Positions 18,177-27,807 of a stretch of DNA of 64,000 bases are shown here, piece after piece. Location: NCBI GenBank assembly GCA_034520505.1, contig JAXHNK010000002.1, positions 425,269 through 489,268 of the forward strand, read 5' to 3'. How positions within the stretch are numbered: the stretch's first letter is position 1; every line of letters begins with the position of its first letter. This DNA is from Anaerolineales bacterium (GTDB lineage: Bacteria > Chloroflexota > Anaerolineae > Anaerolineales > UBA11858). A program made the position numbers and the translations under genes. A model generated the notes under the pieces. It saw only the letters and a program-made list of their open reading frames with translations. It did no database searches and was not told where the DNA came from.

Positions 18177-19247
18177 TCAGGGCATGCCGTAGACATCTGT
18201 GTCGGGGTGGAGGGCGGACCAGGCAAACCAGAAGACCAGGGGAGCGTTGATCCGCTCCAGCCGTTCACCCCGCAGGCGCCCCCGGACCGCTGTTCCCGAA
18301 CGGAGATCCCAGGTAGAGCGGGTTTCCAGGTCGACCATCTCGCCGCTTCCCGCGGCCAGCCGGAAGGTCAGCTGGCGGCCAGCGGCCGTGCTCCTAAACA
18401 ACTCCAGGGTTTGGCCTTCGCTGTCATAGGCCGCGGCCAGCCGCTGACCAAACCAGAAATCGTTGATCACCCCCTGATCCTGGACCGTTTCCAGGGGATA
18501 TGCCCTGGCCTCATCCCCGGCCGCCAGCCCCGCCACTAAAGATTTTCCCTGCAGCCGCTGATCGGGCTCCTCGGAACTGCTGAAACCGGAAACCCCGGAT
18601 GTGTAGTATCCGGCGTAGGGGTCTTTGATCTCCCCTTCATAAATTTCCAGCGCCCGGGCTGACAGCACCCTGGTCCCGGGATAGTTCTCCTTCCAGAATC
18701 CCCAGGTGGTCAGGGAGGACGGCTGGATCTCCAGCCGGGTTCCCGAATAGGCTCCTTTCACCGCCTGGCTTAAGAGCTGACTCCAGAGGGTGTTGGACTG
18801 GTGATCATAAAGCACCAGGTTATCCTTGAGCAGGTAACCGGAAACGCCGAAGGTGAGCACACGTCCCTCCACTTCCCGGTCAAAAACGATCGCCGAATAA
18901 CACAGCGGACACCAGGTTACGGCCACTGGTTCTCCGCCGACGAGATCATTAACCACCTCATGATGACTGAGCAGGCGGACAGGATATGCCCGGGCCTCCC
19001 CGCCCAATAGGATCCCGATCACCGGTTCCCGGTCATCCCATTCCCGATCCCCCATCTCGGGAGACACAAAGAGATGCTCCTCGGCGAAAATGGCCGGAAT
19101 AGAGTCCTCGGTAGCCGCCAGCAGCAGCTCCCCGGGCTCCAGCCGATACCGGTCGGGGGTGGGTAAAGAAACAGCGTGTGAGCCGTTCAGCCCACACGCT
19201 GTAACTAAGGAGGAGAAAACAAGGAGTAAAAGCAAACTTCGCTTCAT
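18177..19247 (-). CDS. DUF3179-family protein, predicted lipoprotein
   Basis: Signal/lipobox-like LLLLLVFSSLVTACG, and a DUF3179-like core VAVTWCPLCYSAIVFDR...TFGVSGYLLKDNLVLYDHQSNTLWSQ. Confidence 0.7.
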   Translation of the reverse strand: MKRSLLLLLVFSSLVTACGLNGSHAVSLPTPDRYRLEPGELLLAATEDSIPAIFAEEHLFVSPEMGDREWDDREPVIGILLGGEARAYPVRLLSHHEVVNDLVGGEPVAVTWCPLCYSAIVFDREVEGRVLTFGVSGYLLKDNLVLYDHQSNTLWSQLLSQAVKGAYSGTRLEIQPSSLTTWGFWKENYPGTRVLSARALEIYEGEIKDPYAGYYTSGVSGFSSSEEPDQRLQGKSLVAGLAAGDEARAYPLETVQDQGVINDFWFGQRLAAAYDSEGQTLELFRSTAAGRQLTFRLAAGSGEMVDLETRSTWDLRSGTAVRGRLRGERLERINAPLVFWFAWSALHPDTDVYGMP

Positions 19248-19530
19248 GGGGTATAGATGGGATTCACCCCTCCGATCTTACCCCGCTTGTAAACTATTCC
19301 TCTATTTTCTTCTTTCTCGACCACCAAAATGGTAAAAAAGAGGTTTCCAGGATTGATCCACCGCCCGAAAAGGCGTCTTTCATAGACTGAGATCCAGGAA
19401 TAAAAACCTCTTTTCCTTGCCCACAGGCTGATCCGGCGGCCAATTCTGTCATGTTACAATTGAATAATCATTGATCCATTCTGCTTTCTTGCACTTTCCA
19501 GCAAACCTCAACCAAGGAACCCCAATCAGT

Positions 19531-21387
19531 ATGAAAAAAACGCTACTTTATCTGGGAATTGTAGCCACCGCGGCAGCCGCTTTCATCTACGGCGTGACAG
19601 CTTTCCGCCAGACTTTTGCCACCCCGGATTGGAAAATCCTCCAGGCGCCGGATGACCAGGAAATTTGTTTCGTCCTCTACACAGTCGACGACCGGGTGCT
19701 GAACTTAACCGCTCAGCTTTATCAGCTCGACCCCGGTGCCGACCGCACCGTGTACCTGGACATCAAAATGGACGACCGCTGGGTGGAGATCGCCGCAGAA
19801 CAGGTTCAGGAACCGGAGTTCCTGGCCGAATTTCAAATCCGAAATTGGGATGACAGCCGGGCGTTTGAATACCAGGTGCGGCAGGGAAAAAGTCCCGGGT
19901 ACACCGGATGGATCCGCCAGAACCCCCGGGAACAGGATGAAATTGTGCTGGCCGCTTTTACGGGTAACTCCAACACCAACCGTGGTCCGCGCCCGGATCT
20001 GATCGAGAACATCCAGCGCCTGGACCCTGATCTGCTGTTTTTTTCCGGGGACCAGGTCTATGATCATCAAAATCACCTTACCTCCTGGCTGCTTTTCGGA
20101 AGGCAGTTCGGAGAGATCACGCGCAGCCGGCCCACGGTGGTCATCCCCGATGATCATGATGTGGGAAACGCCAACCTGTGGGGCGCCGGAGGGGAACCGG
20201 GCTTCGATGGTTATCAGGATCCGGCCTATGTCCGGCAGGTGGAGAACGCCCAGACCAGCCACCTTCCCGACCCCTATGATCCCACCCCGATCAAACGCGG
20301 GATAGGCACCTACTACACATCCCTCAAATGGGGAGGGATCGGCTTCGCTATCCTGGAAGACCGCAAATTCAAATCGCAGATAGACATCCTGGATCGTGAA
20401 GTGCTGGAAGAAGCCGGCGTGGTCTTTTCCCGGCCGGATCATATCGAGAAACTGCCTGATCCCGCCTTGCTTGATGTCCCCAGGGGGAAGCTGCTGGGAG
20501 AAAGGCAGCTGGCCTTCTTGGCGGAGTGGACCGCCGACTGGGAGGACCAGGAGATGAAAGCCGTGCTCTCCCAGGCGCCTTTCACCGCTGTCGCCCATCT
20601 TCACGGACCCAGCCTGGTGTCTCTGGCGGCGGACCTCGACTCCAACGGCTGGCCGCAGTCCGCCCGGGATCGAGCCCTGCGGATGATCCGGAAAGGGTTT
20701 GCGGTGATGATTAACGGCGATCAGCACCTGGCGACGGTCGTCCAGATGGGCGTCGAAACCTGGGGTGACGCCGGCTATTCATTCTCCGTTCCTTCTATCG
20801 TCAATCACTACCGGCGCTGGTGGAGTCCGGACCAAAAACCATCCCCGCTGCCGGCGGGAGAACTGGCCTACACGGGGGATTATCGGGATCCCCTGGGCAA
20901 TCAAATCACCATGCACGCCTATGCCAACCCCAACCCCACCCGGGCCGATTACAACCGCTGGACAGCCCAGGGGGCAGGTTTTGGAGTAGTCAAGTTCAAC
21001 AAGGGAGAAAGGACCATCACCCTGGAATGCTGGCCGCGGGGATGCGATATCACGGATCCCAACTGCCAGCAGTATCCCGGGTGGCCGATCACCATCCAGC
21101 AAGAAGATAATTATGGGCGCCCGCCGGAAGCCTGGCTGCCGAACCTGATCATCAGGGATGTCACAGAGCCTGTGGTCCAGATCCGGAAAGAACCCGACGG
21201 AGAAATCCTGTACACCCTGCGGATCCAGGGAAGCAGCTTTCAACCCCCTGTTTTCCAGGAGGGAACCTATTCCATCATCATCCGCTCCGGGGATCAACAA
21301 GTCACCCTGCCGGGGGTCGAGGCCGGTCCGCGGGAGGACAGCGAGCCCTTGATTATTTCCCTGCAAGACCGGGAGTCCTTACCATGA
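19531..21387 (+). CDS. Membrane-anchored PhoD-like metallophosphatase family protein
   Basis: The start is placed at ATG 19531 (MKKTLLYLGIVATAAAAFIYG anchor). Metallophosphatase-like blocks LLFFSGDQVYDH, VVIPDDHDVGNANLWG and MINGDQHLA. Confidence 0.6.
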   Translation: MKKTLLYLGIVATAAAAFIYGVTAFRQTFATPDWKILQAPDDQEICFVLYTVDDRVLNLTAQLYQLDPGADRTVYLDIKMDDRWVEIAAEQVQEPEFLAEFQIRNWDDSRAFEYQVRQGKSPGYTGWIRQNPREQDEIVLAAFTGNSNTNRGPRPDLIENIQRLDPDLLFFSGDQVYDHQNHLTSWLLFGRQFGEITRSRPTVVIPDDHDVGNANLWGAGGEPGFDGYQDPAYVRQVENAQTSHLPDPYDPTPIKRGIGTYYTSLKWGGIGFAILEDRKFKSQIDILDREVLEEAGVVFSRPDHIEKLPDPALLDVPRGKLLGERQLAFLAEWTADWEDQEMKAVLSQAPFTAVAHLHGPSLVSLAADLDSNGWPQSARDRALRMIRKGFAVMINGDQHLATVVQMGVETWGDAGYSFSVPSIVNHYRRWWSPDQKPSPLPAGELAYTGDYRDPLGNQITMHAYANPNPTRADYNRWTAQGAGFGVVKFNKGERTITLECWPRGCDITDPNCQQYPGWPITIQQEDNYGRPPEAWLPNLIIRDVTEPVVQIRKEPDGEILYTLRIQGSSFQPPVFQEGTYSIIIRSGDQQVTLPGVEAGPREDSEPLIISLQDRESLP

Positions 21388-22286
21388 GAAAACGCACTCT
21401 GATCTGGCTGGTTATCCTGCTGGTTTTTTTCCTGCTCTTTCTGACCATCAAAAGTGTGATCGGTCAGGGGATCTCTTATAATCAAGCCCCGATCATCCTC
21501 ACCACCGGGGTCCTGATCGTCCTTTTTCTGCTGTATTTGCTCACTTCCCGCTATGAACTGTGGAATTTCACCCCGGACAAAGTGTTTTTTCTGGGCGTGG
21601 GGTCCACTCTCTACCTCGGTCTGGCTTATTTCTTTACCGACACCCTCAACCTCCGCCTGGGTCCCATCGCTCTGCGGCCGGCCGTGTGCATCCCCATCCT
21701 TTTCGGTTTTTCCTTTGGCCCCGCGGTGGGTTTTTTCACCGGGGCGGTGGGAAGTCTGCTGGCCGATTTCGCCATCGGCTGGGACGTGTTCCCCATCTGG
21801 AACATCGCCAGCGGGATGACCGGTTTCATCCCCGGTTTCGTCTCCCTGTTCAAAGAGGAAAACATCCCCGAGCGGTACGTTTCCACCCTGGTCAACCTGC
21901 TGATCATCGGCAGCGCCGGGCTGGTTTTTCTCTTTCCCCTGGCACCGGAGCCCTGGACCGGAGTGATAAAAGATTATTCCTCCTGGGCCTATGTCCTGCT
22001 CATCGGGGGGTCGATCATGTTCGCCAACAGTTATCTGATGGAGCAAGATAAACTGAACCTGGTCTCCATCAACCTCTGGGGGGCGTCAGGCATCATTCTC
22101 AGCACGCTGCTCGCTTCGCTGGCCGATATCAGGCTGAATGGTTTCAGCGTGCGCACAGCGCTGATCGGTGAGTATATCCCCTATACGGCTATTGATCTGT
22201 TCAACCTGGTGCTGTTTGCCCCCTTGATCACAGCCGCCTACCACTTCACCCGGAATCGCATCCTTCCCGGAGAGCAGGAGATCTGA
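21384..22286 (+). CDS. Polytopic integral membrane protein, function unknown
   Basis: 300 aa with about 8 hydrophobic segments. ATG 21384 overlaps the stop of the PhoD-like gene (ATGA). Confidence 0.6.
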   Translation: MRKRTLIWLVILLVFFLLFLTIKSVIGQGISYNQAPIILTTGVLIVLFLLYLLTSRYELWNFTPDKVFFLGVGSTLYLGLAYFFTDTLNLRLGPIALRPAVCIPILFGFSFGPAVGFFTGAVGSLLADFAIGWDVFPIWNIASGMTGFIPGFVSLFKEENIPERYVSTLVNLLIIGSAGLVFLFPLAPEPWTGVIKDYSSWAYVLLIGGSIMFANSYLMEQDKLNLVSINLWGASGIILSTLLASLADIRLNGFSVRTALIGEYIPYTAIDLFNLVLFAPLITAAYHFTRNRILPGEQEI

Positions 22287-22324
22287 CCTCTTCCAGCTGA
22301 CCCCCTGAATCCCTGAGAGGCACC

Positions 22325-23173
22325 TCAATCCCCCGGTGCAGAATCCGGGCGCTCATCCCCCGCTTCTGCGGATGAAAAACCCGTCATTTCCCATCCCCAG
22401 AGCAGTAAAGCCGCCTGAGTGACCAGCAGCCATAAAAGAAACAGCGCCGCGCCCAGGGAAACCCAGTTGACCAGGCGGACGGGATCAAGGGAGAACTTTT
22501 CCACCTTTTCCAGCATCTTGCCGCTTAACTGTTGATACTGGACCAAAGAATCCCGCACCCCGCGAAGCGGCTCCTGTACCTGGCCGAGCTCTGTTTCCAG
22601 CTCCATAAGGTCCTCCCCCACCAACTGCAGGTTATCATTGGCCACGAGGATCCCTTCCTCCAGCGATTGAAAGTTAGGGCTTAACTCATCCAGGCTCTCT
22701 GAAACCTGGCTGATGCTTTCGGCCAGGGTCACCTCGGGATCGTAATTCACCCCGGAAATAAACGAAATCGCATCCAGGGCGTACAGCATCCGGTCGATCA
22801 CCAGGGCGGTATCCCCGGCGGTATCCAGGGACGTCTGGGTGGATCCAATGACAGCGGGTAAATCTTCTCCCACCACAACCGCCATGGAAACAAACAAGGG
22901 ATCCGTCTCGGACAGCGTCCTTCCTGCTTCCCGGGTGGTGTCCTGAATAGAATCCAGCAGCAGGATCGTCCGATCCAGGGAATCAGCCGCTGAAGCCATC
23001 CCTTCCTCGGTCGTTTTCAGCGTGATCCCCGCCTGGTCCAGGGACCGCGCAGCCAGCTCTCCGGCCGGCTTCCTGTAAGTGAGCACCAGGTAGCCTCCAG
23101 CCAGGGAAATGACAATGCCTGCCAGCGAGGTCACAAGGAGCAAAATTCCTAAGATGCGTTTGAATGAGTTCAT
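22325..23173 (-). CDS. Hypothetical bitopic membrane protein (N- and C-terminal TM helices flanking a helical extracytoplasmic domain)
   Basis: The start is placed at ATG 23173, preceded by GGAGAGGAAAACT. No family recognised. Confidence 0.55.
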   Translation of the reverse strand: MNSFKRILGILLLVTSLAGIVISLAGGYLVLTYRKPAGELAARSLDQAGITLKTTEEGMASAADSLDRTILLLDSIQDTTREAGRTLSETDPLFVSMAVVVGEDLPAVIGSTQTSLDTAGDTALVIDRMLYALDAISFISGVNYDPEVTLAESISQVSESLDELSPNFQSLEEGILVANDNLQLVGEDLMELETELGQVQEPLRGVRDSLVQYQQLSGKMLEKVEKFSLDPVRLVNWVSLGAALFLLWLLVTQAALLLWGWEMTGFSSAEAGDERPDSAPGD

Positions 23174-23339
23174 AGTTTTCCTCTCCGAAACTGGAGCATG
23201 CTTTTTGAACAAAGGACACGGACTGAGTATTGTTTTAAATTATAGCGGACAATCCGGCAGATCGGGAAAACAGGTCCCGGGGAATCGGGTGAATAGTGTA
23301 TAATTTTAGCCAGAGAAGTTCTAACCCCGTGGAGGTTCT

Positions 23340-23747
23340 ATGAGCACATCCTCAGACAAGATCAAAGTGCTGATCGGTAAACCCGGCTTAGACGGGCATG
23401 ACCGGGGAGCCAAAGTGGTCGCCCGGGCGCTGCGGGATGCGGGGATGGAAGTGATTTACACCGGCTTGAGGCAGACCCCGGAGATGATCGCGGAAGCGGC
23501 ACTGCAGGAGGATGTCGATGTGGTCGGCCTGTCCATTCTGTCCGGCGCTCATATGGCCCTGGCCCCCCGGGTGATTGAACTGCTCCGGGAGCAAGGGCTG
23601 ACCGATGTCAAGCTCTTTCTGGGGGGAATCATCCCCGATCAGGATGTGCCGGCATTAAAGGATCTGGGAGTAAGCGGGATTTACGGACCGGGGACTTCCA
23701 CAAAAGCTATTATTGAGGACATTCGCACAGTATGCCAGAAATCCTGA
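23340..23747 (+). CDS. Cobalamin (B12)-binding domain subunit of methylmalonyl-CoA mutase family
   Basis: 135 aa. GGAGG lies upstream. B12-binding DxHxxG motif ([16 protein letters not shown]) and SILSGAH. Confidence 0.85.
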   Translation: MSTSSDKIKVLIGKPGLDGHDRGAKVVARALRDAGMEVIYTGLRQTPEMIAEAALQEDVDVVGLSILSGAHMALAPRVIELLREQGLTDVKLFLGGIIPDQDVPALKDLGVSGIYGPGTSTKAIIEDIRTVCQKS

Positions 23748-24760
23748 TCGAAGACGTTCTGGCGGGAGATCCGCTGGCCGTCAGCCGCGTGCTGACCCAG
23801 GTAGAAGACGGTACGCTCCAGGGAAGAAAGCTCCTCCATCAACTTTTCCCCCACACCGGAAAAGCTCACCTGATCGGCATCACAGGCGCTCCCGGCACGG
23901 GCAAATCAACCCTGGTCAACCAGCTGGCGCACCACTACCGCCACCCCCCGGAAGGGGAACCACCCCGGCAGGTTGCTGTGCTGGCCGTGGATCCATCCAG
24001 CCCGTTCAGCGGCGGCGCTGTGCTGGGCGACCGGATCAGGATGCAGGATCTGGCCGGGGACCCCGGCGTTTTCATCCGTTCGACAGCTTCGCGGGGATCA
24101 CTGGGCGGGTTATCCGCCGCCGCCGCCGGGATGGCCGAAGTGTTTGATGCTGCCGGCTTTCAGGTGGTGATCATCGAAACCGTGGGCGCCGGCCAGGCGG
24201 AAGTAGATATCGCCCGGTTGGCCCACACCACCGTGGTTCTCGACGCCCCGGGATTGGGGGATGACATCCAGACCATCAAGGCCGGTATTTTAGAGATCGC
24301 GGACATCCTGGTGGTCAACAAGGCAGACCGGCCCGGCGCGGAAAACGCGGTCCGGGCGTTAAAAAACATGCTGGAATTACCCGAGGTCAACCCGCAGGAA
24401 CGCAGGCACCATCAAAATTCACCTTTCCCTGATTTACCTGCTGATCCCCATCAAGCTGCCGGGGATTCCTGGCAGATCCCGGTGCTGACTACCACCGCGA
24501 CCACCGGGGAGGGCATACCCCGGCTGGCAGAAAGCATCCAGGATCATCATGCCTATCTGGTGGAGAGTGATTTATGGTCCTTCCGGGAGCAAAACCGATT
24601 AAAATCAGAACTGGACGCCCTGCTGGAAAACGAGCTGGTCTCCCGCTGGAAAGCAGAGGTGGGCGAAGACCGCTACCAGGAGGTCATTGAACAGCTGTTT
24701 ACCCGGCAAATTTCACCCCGCCAGGCAGTGCAGGAACTTATCCCAGGAGAACCCAGATGA
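23732..24760 (+). CDS. meaB: Methylmalonyl-CoA mutase-associated G3E-family GTPase MeaB/ArgK
   Basis: 342 aa. P-loop [22 protein letters not shown]. Overlaps the preceding gene by 16 nt. Confidence 0.9.
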   Translation: MPEILIEDVLAGDPLAVSRVLTQVEDGTLQGRKLLHQLFPHTGKAHLIGITGAPGTGKSTLVNQLAHHYRHPPEGEPPRQVAVLAVDPSSPFSGGAVLGDRIRMQDLAGDPGVFIRSTASRGSLGGLSAAAAGMAEVFDAAGFQVVIIETVGAGQAEVDIARLAHTTVVLDAPGLGDDIQTIKAGILEIADILVVNKADRPGAENAVRALKNMLELPEVNPQERRHHQNSPFPDLPADPHQAAGDSWQIPVLTTTATTGEGIPRLAESIQDHHAYLVESDLWSFREQNRLKSELDALLENELVSRWKAEVGEDRYQEVIEQLFTRQISPRQAVQELIPGEPR

Positions 24761-25326
24761 TCTACGGAGACCGGATTCGCCTGCGGGCGGTCGAAAAAGA
24801 GGATCTGCCTGAATTTGTCCGCTGGCTGAATGACCCCGAGGTCCGTCAGGGCCTCAACCTTTACCTCCCGCTTTCTGCCGCAGACGAAGAAGACTGGTTC
24901 CAGCAGCAGCGAAAGCTGGACCCGGAAGAACGGGCATTGGCCATTGAAGTCCAGACCGAATCCGACAGCGAGTGGCACTTCATCGGAAACTGCGGTTATC
25001 TCAACCTGAATTGGCGGGACCGCAGCGCAGAAATTGGAATTCTTATCGGCGATAAAAAATTCTGGAACCGGGGATACGGGACAAAAGCGGTAAAATTGCT
25101 CTTAAGGCACGGATTTCAGACCCTGAACCTGCACCGCCTCTGGCTGCGGGTCTTTGACTCCAACCAGCGGGCGATCCGGGTTTACCACAAGGCAGGATTC
25201 GTTCCCGAAGGAACCTTCCGCCAGGCCCATTATCAAGACGGTCAATATCAGGATGTGCAGATCATGAGCGTACTGCACGGAGAATGGAAAGAGCAACAGA
25301 AAAAGGAGCGCCAGGATGCATCATGA
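24757..25326 (+). CDS. GNAT-family N-acetyltransferase (RimJ/RimL-like)
   Basis: 189 aa. WNRGYGTKAVKLLL...LHRLWLRVFDSNQRAIRVYHKAGF. ATGA overlap with meaB. Confidence 0.85.
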   Translation: MIYGDRIRLRAVEKEDLPEFVRWLNDPEVRQGLNLYLPLSAADEEDWFQQQRKLDPEERALAIEVQTESDSEWHFIGNCGYLNLNWRDRSAEIGILIGDKKFWNRGYGTKAVKLLLRHGFQTLNLHRLWLRVFDSNQRAIRVYHKAGFVPEGTFRQAHYQDGQYQDVQIMSVLHGEWKEQQKKERQDAS

Positions 25327-26311
25327 AGACACCCCCAACCGGGGGATGTACGGAGAGATCAAACTTTTTGCAGGCACTGCCAGCCCTGTTGTAGCCCAGA
25401 AAATTTCTGAATACCTGGATATCCCCCTCAGCGGACGGGATATCATCGAATTCCCCAACGAGAACCTGTGGGCCCGCCTGCATGAAAGCGTCCGGGGGCA
25501 GGATGTCTATCTGATTCAATCCACCAGCCGGCCCGTTCACCGCAACATCATGGAATTATTGATCATGCTGCAAACCCTGCGGCTGGACTCCGCCGGACGG
25601 GTCACCGCGGTCATCCCCTATTTAAGCTACACCCGCTCGGACAAGAAAGACAAACCCCGGGTGCCGATCACTGCCCGCCTGGTGGCCGATATGGTGGAAA
25701 TCGCCGGAGCTGACCGCTATATGACGCTGGACATGCACGCCGGCCAGATCCAGGGTTTTTTCTCCATCCCCGGCGATGTGCTCACCGCCTTTCATCTGCT
25801 GAGGGACCGGATCACCGAATTGATGCCGAAGATGAAGAACCCGATTGTCCTGACTGTAGATCTGGGTTTTGCCAAGAAGGGCCGCAACCTGGCAGCCGAA
25901 CTTGATGTCCCCATCGCTTTCATCGAAAAAAGAAGGACCGGGAACATATCCTCCCCGGAAGCTCTGACCCTGATTGGCGATGCCTCTGACAGGGATGTGA
26001 TCATTGTTGACGACGAAGTAGATACCGGGGGCTCGATGTGTGAGGCTGCCCATCTGGCCAGGGAGAACGGCGCCCGGAACATTTATGTCTGTTTTGTGCA
26101 TCCGGTGTTTTCGCCCCCGGCGATAGAACGGTTAGCAAAATCTCCCATCAACCATCTGATCACAACCGCTTCCATCCCCATCCCGGAAGAAGATCTGAAA
26201 ACGCTGCGGGAAAATTTCCAGGTGGACGTCCTGGACATCTCTCCCCTGCTGGGAGAAGTCATCCGCCGGGCGCATGAAGGGAGAAGCGTCGGCGCCATGT
26301 TCGACGAATAA
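25316..26311 (+). CDS. prs: Ribose-phosphate pyrophosphokinase
   Basis: PRPP-binding loop VIIVDDEVDTGGS and DMHAGQIQGFF. AAGGAG lies 7 nt before ATG 25316. An alternative start is ATG 25346. Confidence 0.9.
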   Translation: MHHEDTPNRGMYGEIKLFAGTASPVVAQKISEYLDIPLSGRDIIEFPNENLWARLHESVRGQDVYLIQSTSRPVHRNIMELLIMLQTLRLDSAGRVTAVIPYLSYTRSDKKDKPRVPITARLVADMVEIAGADRYMTLDMHAGQIQGFFSIPGDVLTAFHLLRDRITELMPKMKNPIVLTVDLGFAKKGRNLAAELDVPIAFIEKRRTGNISSPEALTLIGDASDRDVIIVDDEVDTGGSMCEAAHLARENGARNIYVCFVHPVFSPPAIERLAKSPINHLITTASIPIPEEDLKTLRENFQVDVLDISPLLGEVIRRAHEGRSVGAMFDE

Positions 26312-26319
26312 ACTTACCG

Positions 26320-27147
26320 ATGCCGGAACTTCCCGAAGTAGAAACCATCCGTCAGCAGCTGGAACACGGCAGGCCCGGACGGCCGTCCATCCTCGATAAG
26401 CAGATCCACAGCGGCGAAGTCCTCTGGTCGGGCGTGCTCACCGCCCCATCTCCCCGGGAGTTCACCTCCCGGATTCCCGGCCAGCGGGTACATTCCGTGG
26501 GCCGCCGCGGGAAACATCTCCTGATCCATCTCTCTGAGGACACCCTGATCATGCACCTGCGGATGAGCGGGGATGTGTTCGTTGAGCAGGGGGATCAACC
26601 GCTCAGAAAACACGACCGCCTGCTGATCCATTTTACCGACGGCGCCCGCCTGGCCTTCAACAATGTCAGGAAATTCGGCAGGGTGCAGCTTACTTCTCAA
26701 CCCGGGGCCGTGCTCGCTCACCTGGGACCTGAACCCCTGGATGAGGACTTTTCACCCCGGGACTTCTTCGATATTCTTCAGAAGCACAACCGGCAGATAA
26801 AATATTTACTGCTTGATCAAAAGAGCATCGCCGGGTTAGGAAATATTTATACGGATGAAGCGCTGCACTTAGCAGGCATCCACCCCCGGACAAAATCTGA
26901 TTCGCTGTCCTTCAAGCAGACAGAAGCACTCCTGAGTTCCATCCGGAAGGTGCTGCGGGCCGGGATAAAAAATCAGGGGACCAGCATCGACTGGATGTAC
27001 CGGGGAGGAGATTATCAACAGTACCTGCTTGTTTATGGACAGGAAGGACAAAACTGCCCACAATGCGGTACAATCGTAAAAAGGATCAAGCTCGGTCAAC
27101 GAAGCACCTATTTCTGCCCCTCATGTCAACCGCAACCCGGCAGATAA
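26320..27147 (+). CDS. mutM: Formamidopyrimidine-DNA glycosylase
   Basis: N-terminal MPELPEVE (catalytic Pro2), H2TH region, and a C-terminal zinc finger CPQCG...YFCPSCQ. Confidence 0.9.
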   Translation: MPELPEVETIRQQLEHGRPGRPSILDKQIHSGEVLWSGVLTAPSPREFTSRIPGQRVHSVGRRGKHLLIHLSEDTLIMHLRMSGDVFVEQGDQPLRKHDRLLIHFTDGARLAFNNVRKFGRVQLTSQPGAVLAHLGPEPLDEDFSPRDFFDILQKHNRQIKYLLLDQKSIAGLGNIYTDEALHLAGIHPRTKSDSLSFKQTEALLSSIRKVLRAGIKNQGTSIDWMYRGGDYQQYLLVYGQEGQNCPQCGTIVKRIKLGQRSTYFCPSCQPQPGR

Positions 27148-27157
27148 GGAGCACTCC

Positions 27158-27802
27158 ATGGAATCCATCATACTTCTGGTTGTCGTTTTCTTTTCCTTGC
27201 TGGTTGGTTTCTTCCTAGGAATATTCTTCTTCACCCTGGAAACACCCCTGACCAGAAATCTGATCTCCAGCCCCCCCCCGGCGGCTGATCAAAGCCCCCC
27301 TTCCCCTCCAGATGAAACCGAATCAGAAACCAATCCCCCCCCTGCCAGCAGCCCTGCCCCGGGGGCCAAACGGATCCTGGAAGTCTGGCTCAAGGACGGC
27401 AAGGAAATCGAATATATCTCCCTGGGGAAAAGTTATCGGAAGGAAGATCTTCCGGACAGCCTGATAGATTTACTGAAAAAAAACAGCGACCAGAGGGAAG
27501 ATGGTTCGGGTCAGTACCCGCCCGGGTTCGATCAGCCCATCACCCAGCCCGTACAGCCAGAAATGCCGGAGATAAAAGAAGGCAAGCTGCTCAGCGTGAT
27601 CGAAGAGATCGATAAGATTTTGCAGAAAAAATTAGAGGAATCCCCCTTGGGTGAGAAAGGGATTCAATTGATGGAGAATCAAAATCAGGAAATTCGCATC
27701 TGGGTTGGGTTAAATTCTTATAATGCGATTGAGGAGGTGCCCAACCCGGAAATCAGGGCTCTGATCATCGAGTCCGTGGAGGATTGGGAGAACAGCACCT
27801 GA
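27158..27802 (+). CDS. Hypothetical membrane-anchored protein with a Pro-rich linker
   Basis: AAGGAG lies upstream of ATG 27158. N-terminal TM helix, then a PPPAADQSPPSPP linker. No family recognised. Confidence 0.55.
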   Translation: MESIILLVVVFFSLLVGFFLGIFFFTLETPLTRNLISSPPPAADQSPPSPPDETESETNPPPASSPAPGAKRILEVWLKDGKEIEYISLGKSYRKEDLPDSLIDLLKKNSDQREDGSGQYPPGFDQPITQPVQPEMPEIKEGKLLSVIEEIDKILQKKLEESPLGEKGIQLMENQNQEIRIWVGLNSYNAIEEVPNPEIRALIIESVEDWENST

Positions 27803-27807
27803 TCCCC

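Noticed and set aside
19336-19414. An 11-bp inverted repeat (AAAAGAGGTTT ... AAACCTCTTTT) with a 57-nt spacer in the DUF3179 / PhoD-like divergent intergenic region.
   Set aside because: The arms are A/T-rich with a long unpaired spacer. There is no second copy and no adjacent mobile-element gene. It may be chance or a weak regulatory structure.
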